The notes under the pieces are model-generated. The model made no database searches. It saw only the letters and a program-made list of their open reading frames with translations, and was not told the origin of the DNA. A DNA stretch of 64,000 nucleotides, from the NCBI GenBank assembly GCA_964349485.1, contig CAYGGE010000002.1, positions 72,060-136,059 of the forward strand, in the 5' to 3' direction. Below are positions 29,041-39,177 of the stretch, piece by piece. Within the stretch, counting starts at the first letter, position 1; the number at the start of each line of letters is the position of its first letter. The position numbers were made by a program, and so were the translations under genes. Source of the stretch: an uncultured Candidatus Saccharibacteria bacterium (GTDB taxonomy: Bacteria > Patescibacteriota > UBA1384 > CAYGGE01).

Positions 29041-29403
29041 ATGGCTGGAACTTTGCCTCAACCCCACGTGCCAGGTGAGCCTGACCACATTTTAGGAGTA
29101 CGTACAGAGGCGGTTGTTCCTCCTCTCACTCCAGAGGTTCGAACAGTTGTGGTACCCACTCAGGTTGGAACGGAAGCGAGACTTGTAGCACCTACTGTTC
29201 CGATATCACTAGAGAACACTATGCCCGTAGGAGTAGACCCGCTTGCGGCGCAGATCGATACTGCTGTCCACGAGCTGACATCTGCTCCTCAGGGAGCTAC
29301 GCTTACAGAAATGTCGATTGCCGAGGGTCTAGAGATAGCTACTGAGCAAGGTAGGACTGACGCAGAGGCCGGTGAAGCAGTTGAGCGGGCTGCAAGTTAC
29401 TAG
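29041..29403 (+). CDS. Hypothetical small Pro/Val/Thr-rich protein
   Basis: 120 aa starting from the ATG with GGAGG 7 nt upstream. The longer 28951 ORF lacks an RBS. No family recognised. Confidence 0.4.
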   Translation: MAGTLPQPHVPGEPDHILGVRTEAVVPPLTPEVRTVVVPTQVGTEARLVAPTVPISLENTMPVGVDPLAAQIDTAVHELTSAPQGATLTEMSIAEGLEIATEQGRTDAEAGEAVERAASY

Positions 29404-29418
29404 CACTAGAGGAGGGGA

Positions 29419-31890
29419 GTGGAACAGGATATCTACACAACTGCCCAGCCGTCGTTGATTGGCCCGGTTATCCTGGTCCTTTTAGCTTTAGCCGTTACCT
29501 TCTTGCTGGTAGCCTATTTCTGGTATTTACGTCGACTCAAATTTAAACGAGCGGCCAACTGGGTCATGCTCTTGGTCTCTGTCCCTAAGGAATCGAGCCA
29601 CGGCAAAGACGAACAGCAGAAGCCTCAGGAATGGCGCGAAGTGGTCTCGGTAGCAGAACAGATGTTTGCCAGCTTTGGTTCGCTTTACAGTACTCATCCA
29701 ATAGATTTAATCTTTGGTCAGACTCATCTATCGTTCGAAATTGTGGTTAGAAATAATGAGATATTATTTTACGTCGGCTGTTCTCGGGCGAATCGTGAAG
29801 TAGTCGAGAAGACTATCTATGCCTTCTATCCCGCTGCAATCATTGAAGAGAGCAGAGAGTTTCGGATTTTTGATAAATCATTCCAAGTTCGCAGCGCCAC
29901 ACTTCGTCTGGCGAAATACTATGTTTACCCAATCAAGAGCTATAAAACCCTTGAGGCGGACCCGTTAAACAACATCACCAATGCACTATCCAAAATGGGG
30001 GAGCAGGGGAGAGCAACAATCCAGTTTATTATCCGTCCGGCTAGTGATCGGTGGCGCTTGCGGGTTGAAGAGGCAAGCCATCTGATTGGCGTGGGTCAAG
30101 GCTATGATGTCCATCACAACTCTACCATCCGCATGTTTCGGGAAATAAAACGAGTCATCAGCCCGCCTAAAGAAGAAGCCTCAACAAACCGAATGCGGAC
30201 GCCGATTCAAGAAGAAAAACTAAAAAATCTTTCTGAAAAAGCTAGTACCTCAGGCTTTCATGTAGTTAGTCGCATAATCGCCGCCGCCCCGACAGCCGCC
30301 GAGGCTGATGCCTATCTTGCCAATATTGTTGCCGCCTTCTCCCAATTCCAAAACCCAGCCGCTAATGGCTTTAAGTATGAAAAGATGAGTGGCGAACGGT
30401 GGTTTGTAACCGACTTCGTCCTTCGAGCCTTCACCGGACGCTGGATGATCCTTAATACCGAAGAACTCGGCTCGTTGTTTCATTTCCCAAATCAATTTGT
30501 CGATACTCCCAATATTCGATGGTTGCGTGCTAAACGGGCTCCGGCACCGCCCAGCCTGCCCAAAGAGGGGCTCTATATTGGCGATAACATGTTTAGGGGC
30601 GATAAGACGAATATTTTTCTTAAGAAAGAAGACCGTCGTCGACACCTTTATATGATTGGTATGACTGGCACGGGTAAAACGACATTGTTTGAAAACATGA
30701 TCCTACAGGACATCAAAGCTGGCCACGGTATCTGCTATATCGATCCCCATGGTGATACAGCAGAAGGTTTGCTGTCTAAGATACCTCGTGAGAGAGCCGA
30801 AGATGTCATCTACTTTGATCCAGGCGATCTTGACCGACCGTTCGGATTGAACATGCTTGAGTGGAAGACGGCCGAAGAAAAGGACTTTTTGGTTCAAGAG
30901 ATTATTCAAATCTTCTACAAACTGTTTGACCCGAACCAAACTGGTATTGTCGGACCACAATTTGAACACTGGTTGCGTAACGCCGCCTTGACGCTTATGG
31001 ATTGGCCTGAAGGTGGAACCTTAATTGAGATCCCTCGGCTATTCACTGACGATGCTTATCGTGACTTGCGAGTCGAGAAACTTCAAGATCCTGTCGTAAA
31101 AGCCTTCTGGACACAACAGATGGCCAAAACTGCCGACTTCCATAAGTCGGAGATGTTCAATTACTTCATCTCCAAATTCGGTCGGTTTATGACAAACACG
31201 ATGATGCGCAATATTATCGGCCAACCCAAGGGTTCGTTCGATATTGCCGAAGCGATGAATAGTGGGAAGATCCTCATCGTCAACCTTTCCAAAGGTAAGA
31301 TGGGTGAGGTCAACGCAAACTTGATTGGCATGATATTAGTCGCCAAGATTTACACCGCCGCCATGGCTCGGCACAATATTCCTGAAGAACAACGTAAAGA
31401 CTTCTATCTATACGTCGACGAGTTCCAGAATCTGGCGACCGATACATTTGCCTCAATTCTCTCCGAGGCTCGAAAATATAGACTCGCTTTGTCTATAACC
31501 AACCAGTACATCTCCCAGCTCCAAGAGCCAATCCGTGATGCAATCATTGGGAACGTAGGAACTATCATCTCCTACCGAATCGGAGTGCCTGACGCTGAGT
31601 TCTTAGAGAAAGAGTTTCAGCCAGTCTTTAATTTTCACGACCTGAATAATCTTGAACGCTACAACGCGTACATTAAATTGCTAGTCGATAATTCACCGAG
31701 CCGACCGTTTTCGGTGAAAATTAATAAAGATGATACACCGTCGATTCCCGAGATTGGCCACGGTGTCCGTCAGTTATCTCGGTTACGCTACGGTCGCGAT
31801 CGCGGTCTCGTCGACGCCGAAATCTACGAACGGACCAAGATTATGGACGCACCGGCCGCCAAGGGGACCGATCCGCTATCACCAAGTTAG
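29419..31890 (+). CDS. Membrane-anchored FtsK-HerA superfamily ATPase, closest to type IV coupling proteins (VirD4/TraG/TrwB-like 'T4SS DNA-binding domain' proteins); paralog 1
   Basis: N-terminal TM helix. An unassigned domain of about 350 aa. Walker A GMTGTGKTT, then YIDPHGD, Walker B FYLYVDEFQN, and ARKYRLALSITNQYISQL...IGNVGTIISYRIG. Confidence 0.6.
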   Translation: MEQDIYTTAQPSLIGPVILVLLALAVTFLLVAYFWYLRRLKFKRAANWVMLLVSVPKESSHGKDEQQKPQEWREVVSVAEQMFASFGSLYSTHPIDLIFGQTHLSFEIVVRNNEILFYVGCSRANREVVEKTIYAFYPAAIIEESREFRIFDKSFQVRSATLRLAKYYVYPIKSYKTLEADPLNNITNALSKMGEQGRATIQFIIRPASDRWRLRVEEASHLIGVGQGYDVHHNSTIRMFREIKRVISPPKEEASTNRMRTPIQEEKLKNLSEKASTSGFHVVSRIIAAAPTAAEADAYLANIVAAFSQFQNPAANGFKYEKMSGERWFVTDFVLRAFTGRWMILNTEELGSLFHFPNQFVDTPNIRWLRAKRAPAPPSLPKEGLYIGDNMFRGDKTNIFLKKEDRRRHLYMIGMTGTGKTTLFENMILQDIKAGHGICYIDPHGDTAEGLLSKIPRERAEDVIYFDPGDLDRPFGLNMLEWKTAEEKDFLVQEIIQIFYKLFDPNQTGIVGPQFEHWLRNAALTLMDWPEGGTLIEIPRLFTDDAYRDLRVEKLQDPVVKAFWTQQMAKTADFHKSEMFNYFISKFGRFMTNTMMRNIIGQPKGSFDIAEAMNSGKILIVNLSKGKMGEVNANLIGMILVAKIYTAAMARHNIPEEQRKDFYLYVDEFQNLATDTFASILSEARKYRLALSITNQYISQLQEPIRDAIIGNVGTIISYRIGVPDAEFLEKEFQPVFNFHDLNNLERYNAYIKLLVDNSPSRPFSVKINKDDTPSIPEIGHGVRQLSRLRYGRDRGLVDAEIYERTKIMDAPAAKGTDPLSPS

Positions 31891-31961
31891 ATGTAATAAG
31901 AGTACCGTTCCTAACTGATTTATGGTATAGTACACTGTGATGTAAAAAGGACAACGAAGCC

Positions 31962-34900
31962 ATGGATTTCTTTCTCTTTCTTGTACGAGTGCTGGTTTAT
32001 CTGACCCTGATTGTAGGCCCGGTAGCTATCATTTATATTGTCATCAAGATTCGTGAGACCTCAAAAACGATCGAAGCCGTGACCAGCAAAACTAATACGT
32101 TGCTACGTATTTTAGTCCCGAAACAGAACGAGAAGACACCTCAAGCCGCCCAAGAAATGTTTGCGGCGATTCATGGTATCTATCGAGCTGATCAGACAGT
32201 CCAAGATCATCTCTCTTTTGAACTTGCGGCGAGGGATCAGTATATCCAATTTTTTGTGCATGTACCGAGCGACCTTAAGGATTATGTCGAGGGTCAAATC
32301 TACGCTCAATATCCAACTGTCGAAATTAGCGAGGTTTCTGACTATACCGAGATCGATCTGGCCAATTGGTCAGTGGCTGCTGCTGAACTGGTCTTAACTA
32401 AGCCAGACATCTTTCCAATCAAAACCTACCAGAACTTTACCGTTGATCCATTGGCGGCGGTTACCGGAGTGCTCTCAAAAATTGAAGAAGGTGAGCAGAT
32501 TTGGGTTCAGATCTTAACTCGGCCGATTCCTGACACCTGGCAAGCGAAAACCCTTCAGTACGTCAAGATGATCGAGAGTGGCAAGAAGCCGAATGACGGT
32601 AAGTTAACTATCGGTAAAATTCTCAAGGGAACAGCCGGTGTAGCTGTCGAATTTGCCCGTACGGCGGCTGGTGGACCAATTGTTGAGGGCGAAAAAAAAG
32701 AAGCGGTTAAGCCAGCACTCCCAGGGCCAGTTAGTGAAGGCTTACGAGCGGCTGAGGCAAAAACTACCAAACTGGGTTATGAAACCGTTATCCGACTATG
32801 TGCCATTGGGCGTGACGAAAAAGCAGCGATTGCGCGGATAAATAATCTTTATGGTGCCTTCAAGCAGTTCAATATTAGCAATATGAACGGTTTTGATTTA
32901 AGTCGAGTCTCTACCGAGAAAGATAAGATCCTGCCGGTCTTTCAGACCAGAGCATTCCCAGCACAAGGTTATATTTTTAATGTGGAAGAATTGGCTTCAA
33001 TCTTTCATCTACCGAGCGTAAGCGTTGAAACGCCTTCCATCGTTTGGGCTGGGGCGAAAAAAGGCGAACCGCCGGCTAACTTGCCCATCGAAGGTTTGGT
33101 TAACCCAGACGATGTGACCTTGTTTGCCCAAACTAATTACCGACATTTTGCTCATCGTTTTGGAATCAGAACTCCAGATCGACGCTATCATATGTACGCC
33201 GTTGGTAAGACGGGTACGGGTAAATCTACCATGTTACGTAACATGATCATCGATGATATCCAAAAGAATCGTGGTGTCTGTGTGGTTGACCCTCATGGTG
33301 ACCTCATCAACCATGTGCTTGACTACATCCCTGAGCACCGGATCAAAGATGTTGTCTACTTTAACCCAGCAGATCGTGAGCATCCGGTTGGGTTTAACCT
33401 GTTGGAATCAGTTGATCCTGATTTGCGCAGTATCGTCGCTTCTGGACTTATGAGTATTTTTACCAAACTGTGGGCCAATGTATGGTCGGCTCGTATGGAA
33501 TACATTTTGCGTAACACCGTTTTAGCTTTACTCGAGTATCCTGAAGCAACTTTACTTGAGATAATGAAGATTTTGGTGGACCCCGTCTTCCGACGCAAAG
33601 TACTCTACTATGTGAAAGACCCAGTAATACGAGACTTCTTTTTAAATGAATATGAAAAATATGAGCCGAAGTTCCGAACTGAGGCGATTGCACCACTCCA
33701 GAATAAAGTCGGACAGTTTCTTTCCTCCTCAACGATCCGCAATATTATGGGTCAGATGCACTCGACGATTGACATGCGAGAGATAATGGACAGCGGGAAG
33801 ATTCTCCTTGTTGACTTAGCGGTCGGGAAGATAGGTGAAGATAACGCGGCCTTGCTCGGTTCGATGATTATCACCAAGATCCAATTGGCGGCTATGGGAC
33901 GCGCCGACACTCCGGAAGACGAACGACGTGATTTCTATCTCTATGTTGATGAGTTTCAGAACTTTGCTACTGAGTCGTTTGCGGCAATCCTATCTGAAGC
34001 GCGCAAGTATCACCTTAATCTCATCATCACGCATCAGTACATCGCTCAGATGCCAGAAGTTGTGGCTAGTGCGGTCTTCGGCAATGTTGGAACGATCGTT
34101 GCCTTCCGGGTAGGAGCCTCAGACGCGGGCGCTTTAGCTAGAGAATTCGAACCGGTTTTTGACGCGAACGATCTAGTAAATCTCGACAATTATCAAGTCT
34201 ATCTAAAGATGGCTATCGATGCCAGAACTGCTACGCCGTTTTCAGCTCTCACACTAGCGCCATTTGTCGGCAGAAATGAACATCGTGAAACTGCGATCAA
34301 ACAGAGTATTGAAAAATATACTCGATTACGGGGCGAAGTTGAAGAAGAAATATTGACACGTAATGAGGCGAACACCGGCAAGATTGGGACGTTTAGAGAA
34401 ATTGATGGTGAGGTAGTCTATGAGGAAGAATTGAAACCGTACGAGCCGATGAACCCATTACCTAAGAGTACGACTATCGACGGAGTTGAGGTATGGAAAG
34501 TGCGCGATAAAGAAGGCAAACCGTTCTATGTTAGTCCTAGAGACTACGACGCCTTCATGGCCGATAAGGGCAAGCCATCTGATCGCGTAGGGTCAGAGCA
34601 GGGGAGTAGCGACTCGCAAAAGAGTGGCACATTAAACCATGTCGCAGGACCGCTATTACCAGCAGATAAACCGAAGTCGGCTTTAGTTCCACCGCCCAAA
34701 GTGCGAGTGATAGCGCAAGCTACGGTAAATAGAGCTTCTGAGGATCCTAATATTGTGCGACATAATAGATCACGCAATAAGGGTAGTAATCGGGGTAATC
34801 CACCAACGGGCGGTAATAATCAAGTCTCCTCTCCGTCGGTCCCAGCAAACGTAGGTCAGGGGAGTCATGACGCAAATCAGGGTGTGCTCATCGAGACAAA

Positions 34901-35093
34901 ACCTGTCCCAGCGACAGAATTAATTAAGGATACCAACCATATGTTGCCAACCATTACCGAGCCTAAGACACACGATGTAGTAGTAGCGCCCCCAAAACAG
35001 GTCGATCCAACTGTAACCATTGCCGCTAAATACAATGATCTTGACGATCCTAACGACGATCAAGGCGCTATATTGCCAATCCATGAGCTCTAA
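31962..35093 (+). CDS. Membrane-anchored T4CP/FtsK-like ATPase; paralog 2, with a C-terminal Pro/Ser/basic disordered tail of about 260 aa
   Basis: Same architecture as the upstream gene: Walker A GKTGTGKST, VVDPHGD, FYLYVDEFQNF, and ARKYHLNLIITHQYIAQM...GNVGTIVAFRVG. The N-terminal domains are alignable (SFEIVV.../SFELAA..., DPLNNITNALSKM/DPLAAVTGVLSKI). Confidence 0.6.
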   Translation: MDFFLFLVRVLVYLTLIVGPVAIIYIVIKIRETSKTIEAVTSKTNTLLRILVPKQNEKTPQAAQEMFAAIHGIYRADQTVQDHLSFELAARDQYIQFFVHVPSDLKDYVEGQIYAQYPTVEISEVSDYTEIDLANWSVAAAELVLTKPDIFPIKTYQNFTVDPLAAVTGVLSKIEEGEQIWVQILTRPIPDTWQAKTLQYVKMIESGKKPNDGKLTIGKILKGTAGVAVEFARTAAGGPIVEGEKKEAVKPALPGPVSEGLRAAEAKTTKLGYETVIRLCAIGRDEKAAIARINNLYGAFKQFNISNMNGFDLSRVSTEKDKILPVFQTRAFPAQGYIFNVEELASIFHLPSVSVETPSIVWAGAKKGEPPANLPIEGLVNPDDVTLFAQTNYRHFAHRFGIRTPDRRYHMYAVGKTGTGKSTMLRNMIIDDIQKNRGVCVVDPHGDLINHVLDYIPEHRIKDVVYFNPADREHPVGFNLLESVDPDLRSIVASGLMSIFTKLWANVWSARMEYILRNTVLALLEYPEATLLEIMKILVDPVFRRKVLYYVKDPVIRDFFLNEYEKYEPKFRTEAIAPLQNKVGQFLSSSTIRNIMGQMHSTIDMREIMDSGKILLVDLAVGKIGEDNAALLGSMIITKIQLAAMGRADTPEDERRDFYLYVDEFQNFATESFAAILSEARKYHLNLIITHQYIAQMPEVVASAVFGNVGTIVAFRVGASDAGALAREFEPVFDANDLVNLDNYQVYLKMAIDARTATPFSALTLAPFVGRNEHRETAIKQSIEKYTRLRGEVEEEILTRNEANTGKIGTFREIDGEVVYEEELKPYEPMNPLPKSTTIDGVEVWKVRDKEGKPFYVSPRDYDAFMADKGKPSDRVGSEQGSSDSQKSGTLNHVAGPLLPADKPKSALVPPPKVRVIAQATVNRASEDPNIVRHNRSRNKGSNRGNPPTGGNNQVSSPSVPANVGQGSHDANQGVLIETKPVPATELIKDTNHMLPTITEPKTHDVVVAPPKQVDPTVTIAAKYNDLDDPNDDQGAILPIHEL

Positions 35094-35858
35094 TACCGGG
35101 TAGGTTAAGTAGGGGAATTGAACCTGTCGGAACCTGTTAAAAGTAATAACAGACAGGGGAGACTGTCGAAAGAAATATTACCAATGAATAATGACTCTAA
35201 TGGGATAGACGTCGTTTAAGGGTATGAGAGATTCACTTGACGATATGCCGTACTGGCTGATATGAAGGAATATTCGATTCTATCCATAAATCCATCAGTT
35301 TTGCTTGCAGTATTGTTATACGATAGTTTACCTGCTAGCTCTTTGTGCAATCCCCTTAGCATCGGAGCACTTTCTCGTCAGTCGCACAATGTATCTTATG
35401 CGACGTAATACGGATAATAAAGTATACATTCATCTTCTACATCCTGGATTACTATTGAATTCTATAACGATCTATCTAAACGAGTTTTAGGGCTGTGATT
35501 ATAGGATAACAACGCGTACACAGTCTCAATATCTAGACTAATGACACGAACCTGAAATCGTCAAACCACTACCCCGAGACATTTATAGTATATGCTATGG
35601 CTACGACAACGTGGTTACGGCAGTATAAGCTATAATTCGTTCCACATTTGCAAATCGTATTTGATTATTAACTCTCCCCTATCATCACGGGTCCTCACTG
35701 GTCAATTCGCCTTCCAAATGAGTAGATGCCAAGCCAAAATCGCCTATTTAACGGGTTAAAAGGCATTACAATTGGCCAGGACATAACAAGGAATCATGAT
35801 ACGATAAATGTGTCACACTAGTTAAAAAAAAGAGACCTTGGTGGTTTAGAACAATACT

Positions 35859-36773
35859 TTAGGCCGCCTGTCGACGCATCAACCATTGCTGCCAAATGAC
35901 GAGCAAGGGCGTAGCGACGAAGATCGACGAGTAGGTCCCGAAACTCATACCGATAATCAGAGTAATTACAAATGGTCGTAGACTATCTCCACCGAGGAAT
36001 GCCAAGGCGATCAGTACTAAGAGTGTAGTTATTGAGGTGTTCAACGATCGATTTAAGGTTTGGGTTAAAGCCTCATTGGTAGACGACTCGAAGGCTTGTG
36101 GGGTCGCGATCGGTGTGTGGCGCATGTTTTCGCGTAAGCGATCGAACACGACAATTGTATCATGTACCGAGAAACCCATGATTGTTAGTAAGGCTGTGAT
36201 GAACAGCGCATTGACCTCGTAACCGAGATAATAACTAAGGATGGCAAATAGTCCTATGGTTACGGCGATGTCGTGAATGAGAGTAAATACGGCGACGAAC
36301 CCAAAGCGCCAACTCGAGGCAGGCCTGGGAACACTCCGAAATGAATAGGCGATATATAGGATGATCGCGATCGAGGCGATAATGACGGCCTGTATCGCCT
36401 TTTGAGTCAAATCATTCCCGACAGTCGGTCCTACACTCTCAAACCGACTGATGAGGACTTTATGCTTCTCCCATTTCTCCGGAAGTCTCCCCTCTTTTTC
36501 CTTGGTTAAGGTCTCCGTTTTTAAGATGACACCTCCATCACCAGTTACCTGGCTGGTGACATTTTCGATCCCGGTTTCCCGGAGATCTTTTTTGAGGCTC
36601 TCCAGCGCTTCGTCGCTAATCTTTTGCTCCTTACCCGTAATCTCAATCAGTGTCCCACCTGTGAAGTCGATGCCAATTTTGAGACCCCAGACACTTAGAC
36701 TGATGATCCCCGCTACGATGAACAATCCCGAGATTGAGAGCCATAGCCATTTTTTCTTGCCGAGTAATTGCAT
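35859..36773 (-). CDS. secF: Protein translocase subunit SecF
   Basis: IDFTGGTLIEI motif, then six TM helices. Confidence 0.85.
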   Translation of the reverse strand: MQLLGKKKWLWLSISGLFIVAGIISLSVWGLKIGIDFTGGTLIEITGKEQKISDEALESLKKDLRETGIENVTSQVTGDGGVILKTETLTKEKEGRLPEKWEKHKVLISRFESVGPTVGNDLTQKAIQAVIIASIAIILYIAYSFRSVPRPASSWRFGFVAVFTLIHDIAVTIGLFAILSYYLGYEVNALFITALLTIMGFSVHDTIVVFDRLRENMRHTPIATPQAFESSTNEALTQTLNRSLNTSITTLLVLIALAFLGGDSLRPFVITLIIGMSFGTYSSIFVATPLLVIWQQWLMRRQAA

Positions 36774-36784
36774 ACTAATCCTTA

Positions 36785-38047
36785 CTATCTGATGTACTTA
36801 AGGTTAAAATTCAATAATGTTCGAGTGATGGTGATAGCTGTAAACATAGAGACTAAAATACCGATGATCAGGGTGACGGCAAAGCCTCTTATTAGTCCAG
36901 ATCCGAATTCAAAGAGTATTACGGCAGTGATTATGCTAGAGACATTTGAATCGCGAATCGAGTTCCAAGCACGAGCGAACCCAGCTTCGAGGGCAGAAGC
37001 CGTGTTGCGACCTACGGCTAGCTCCTCCTTCATCCGTTCGAAGATGAGGATATTGGCATCAACGGCCATGCCGATCGAGAGGATAAACCCAGCTATTCCT
37101 GCTAGGGTCAAAGTGATTGGGACCAATTTGAATAGGCTGATCATGATTAAGGTATAGATTACCAAGGCAACAATTGCCACAAAACCTTTAAATCGATATT
37201 GGACAACCATGAAGATTCCAACTAGGATCATGCCGACGAGTCCGGCGACTAAACTGGCCTTAATTGAGGCATCGCCTAGGGTCGCTCCTATGGTTCGCTC
37301 TTCGATAACTTTAATCGAAACTGGCAGTGCCCCACCATTGATCAAAGTCGCCAGCTCTTTGGCCTCAGGTATGCTAAACTGGCCTGTGATCACGGCCTCG
37401 CCCCCGTTAATCTCGCCTTGAACTGTTGGGGCGGAGATGATCTGTCGGTCAAGTAAGATGTAGATTGGTTTACCGACGTTAACCCGAGTAGCATCGGCGA
37501 ACTTCTTGGCGCCTTCGTTATTGAATTTGAGCGATACTTGAGGAAGACCAGTACTATCATCGAAAATAACCGTTGCTTTCTTCAGGTGTTCGCCACCGAC
37601 TAAGGTCGCGGCATCGGTTGGGAACGGGTTGCCGTCAGGATCGGCCATCAGTTCGGCAATAAATCGAAGTTTGGCCGTTTGACCGATCAAGCTTTTGGCA
37701 TTATTTACGTTATCTACCCCAGCTAGCTCAACGACAACCGTATCCTTATCGCCAATTTTCCCAGTTTGGATCACTGGTTCAGACACCCCAAGGGAATTAA
37801 TACGACGCTCGATGACGTTTTTGAGGCTAACCATCGCCTCAGCCTTATCTTTAGGGGCTAAATTTTTGGTATCTGCCTCATAGACCAAATGCGTGCCGCC
37901 AGCGAGGTCAAGACCTTCATGAATTTTGAGTTCTTTATGGTAACTTTTGATCGAAATATCTGGAGCCGTTGGCCAAGTCACATAGCCGGCAAATAATACA
38001 ATCAGGACGATGACAATCAGCTTCCAGTTGATCCGTTTGCGGCGCAT
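36785..38047 (-). CDS. secD: Protein translocase subunit SecD
   Basis: SecD periplasmic domain followed by a C-terminal six-TM bundle. The start is placed at MRRKRINWKL. It lies upstream of secF. Confidence 0.85.
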   Translation of the reverse strand: MRRKRINWKLIVIVLIVLFAGYVTWPTAPDISIKSYHKELKIHEGLDLAGGTHLVYEADTKNLAPKDKAEAMVSLKNVIERRINSLGVSEPVIQTGKIGDKDTVVVELAGVDNVNNAKSLIGQTAKLRFIAELMADPDGNPFPTDAATLVGGEHLKKATVIFDDSTGLPQVSLKFNNEGAKKFADATRVNVGKPIYILLDRQIISAPTVQGEINGGEAVITGQFSIPEAKELATLINGGALPVSIKVIEERTIGATLGDASIKASLVAGLVGMILVGIFMVVQYRFKGFVAIVALVIYTLIMISLFKLVPITLTLAGIAGFILSIGMAVDANILIFERMKEELAVGRNTASALEAGFARAWNSIRDSNVSSIITAVILFEFGSGLIRGFAVTLIIGILVSMFTAITITRTLLNFNLKYIR

Positions 38048-38134
38048 AATAACTCCTAAATATGTCGTACAATATACGAATACAGAATAACCTACCATAT
38101 GTAGTATAGACTATGCTATCTAGTCAGACAAGAC

Positions 38135-38701
38135 TCAGTCCTTTGGGCCAGACGTAGAGTCTAGTCGTGTAGCTCGTTCGGTGATCGTATCAACTACAGC
38201 TTGAAGATCAAGTGTCGAGGTCTCGAAGACCCAATCGATGCCTGTTGGATCGGTAATATCGATTGTATAGAGGGCTTTATAGTGCTCAATCAGCTCTTGG
38301 TCATATTGAGCTAAGCCAGCGGATGTGCCATCGTGGCGACTAGCAAAGCGCGCCGCCCTCGCTTCGTAGCTTGGATTAAGCCAAATCTTGAGGTCGATCG
38401 TTGGTTGGTGTAAACCAAGTGTCTTGTAGATTCGAGAGTCATCGAGCCAACAAGCTAAGTCACTGGCGACTACCCCGCTTTCGTTATTGTGCAAAAACTC
38501 AATCTGTTGGGTATCCATCAGCCGATCAATCGATGGATCGTTCTTCTTCGCTTTGGCGTGCATGTACTCAAAATCAACCTGCATGTCGTCAGCCAATGTT
38601 CGTAGGGTATACGTGTTAAGGGCAATCCCGAGTCGTTCACTGACCGCTTTGGCGGTTGAAGTTGTCCCGGCACTGCCTAATCCTGAAATGGCAATTTTCA
38701 T
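38135..38701 (-). CDS. Cytidylate-kinase-like protein (archaeal-type CMP kinase family) with a degenerate P-loop
   Basis: MKIAISGLGSAGTTSTAKAVSERLG resembles Cmk-2 family proteins, but the Walker A Lys is replaced by Thr (GxxxxGTT). C-terminal YEARAARFASRH is also present. Confidence 0.45.
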   Translation of the reverse strand: MKIAISGLGSAGTTSTAKAVSERLGIALNTYTLRTLADDMQVDFEYMHAKAKKNDPSIDRLMDTQQIEFLHNNESGVVASDLACWLDDSRIYKTLGLHQPTIDLKIWLNPSYEARAARFASRHDGTSAGLAQYDQELIEHYKALYTIDITDPTGIDWVFETSTLDLQAVVDTITERATRLDSTSGPKD

Positions 38702-38724
38702 TGGTCCCCTAACTTACTATCAGT

Positions 38725-39177
38725 TTACTTAGTCTTACTCTTATTGGAAAGCAGTACGGCTTGTCCGTGATGTAGAATATCGAGTCTCGTAATAATCGAG
38801 AGTGGACTGGGCAGATTATCAAGGGTAAACCAACCGATTGCCTCACACTTTTTGGGTTCGCAGATCTTGGGCATCTCGCCATCTTTTATTATGGCGAGAA
38901 AGGTCGTAGCGACCCAATGTTGGCCTTCAGCCGGGATGAGGTGGTCCTCCGCTGGGAACTGTTCAATAATCTCGATGTCGACCCCATACTCTTCCTTCAT
39001 CTCTCGACGTACTGCGTCAGCCAGTATCTCACCGAACTCGACACTACCGCCGGGTGTTTCCCAGTGACCGCGTTCGTTTTTCACGTTTTGGCTGCGTTTC
39101 GACAAAAACAATTCGCCTTTTTCATTGATGATCATCGCCCCGGCGGAAACGCCAATGTAATCAATCCCCTTTTTCAT
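38725..39177 (-). CDS. NUDIX hydrolase
   Basis: Nudix box GGSVEFGEILADAVRREMKEEYGV. Confidence 0.8.
   Translation of the reverse strand: MKKGIDYIGVSAGAMIINEKGELFLSKRSQNVKNERGHWETPGGSVEFGEILADAVRREMKEEYGVDIEIIEQFPAEDHLIPAEGQHWVATTFLAIIKDGEMPKICEPKKCEAIGWFTLDNLPSPLSIITRLDILHHGQAVLLSNKSKTK

Noticed and set aside
35094-35858. Attempt to assign the 765-nt gap to tmRNA, RNase P RNA, SRP RNA or a tRNA
   Set aside because: I found no tag-peptide frame with an ALAA end, no GGAAAGUCCGG or AGGGCAGG (RNase P), no SRP domain-IV motif, and no T-arm consensus. It is left as unassigned non-coding.
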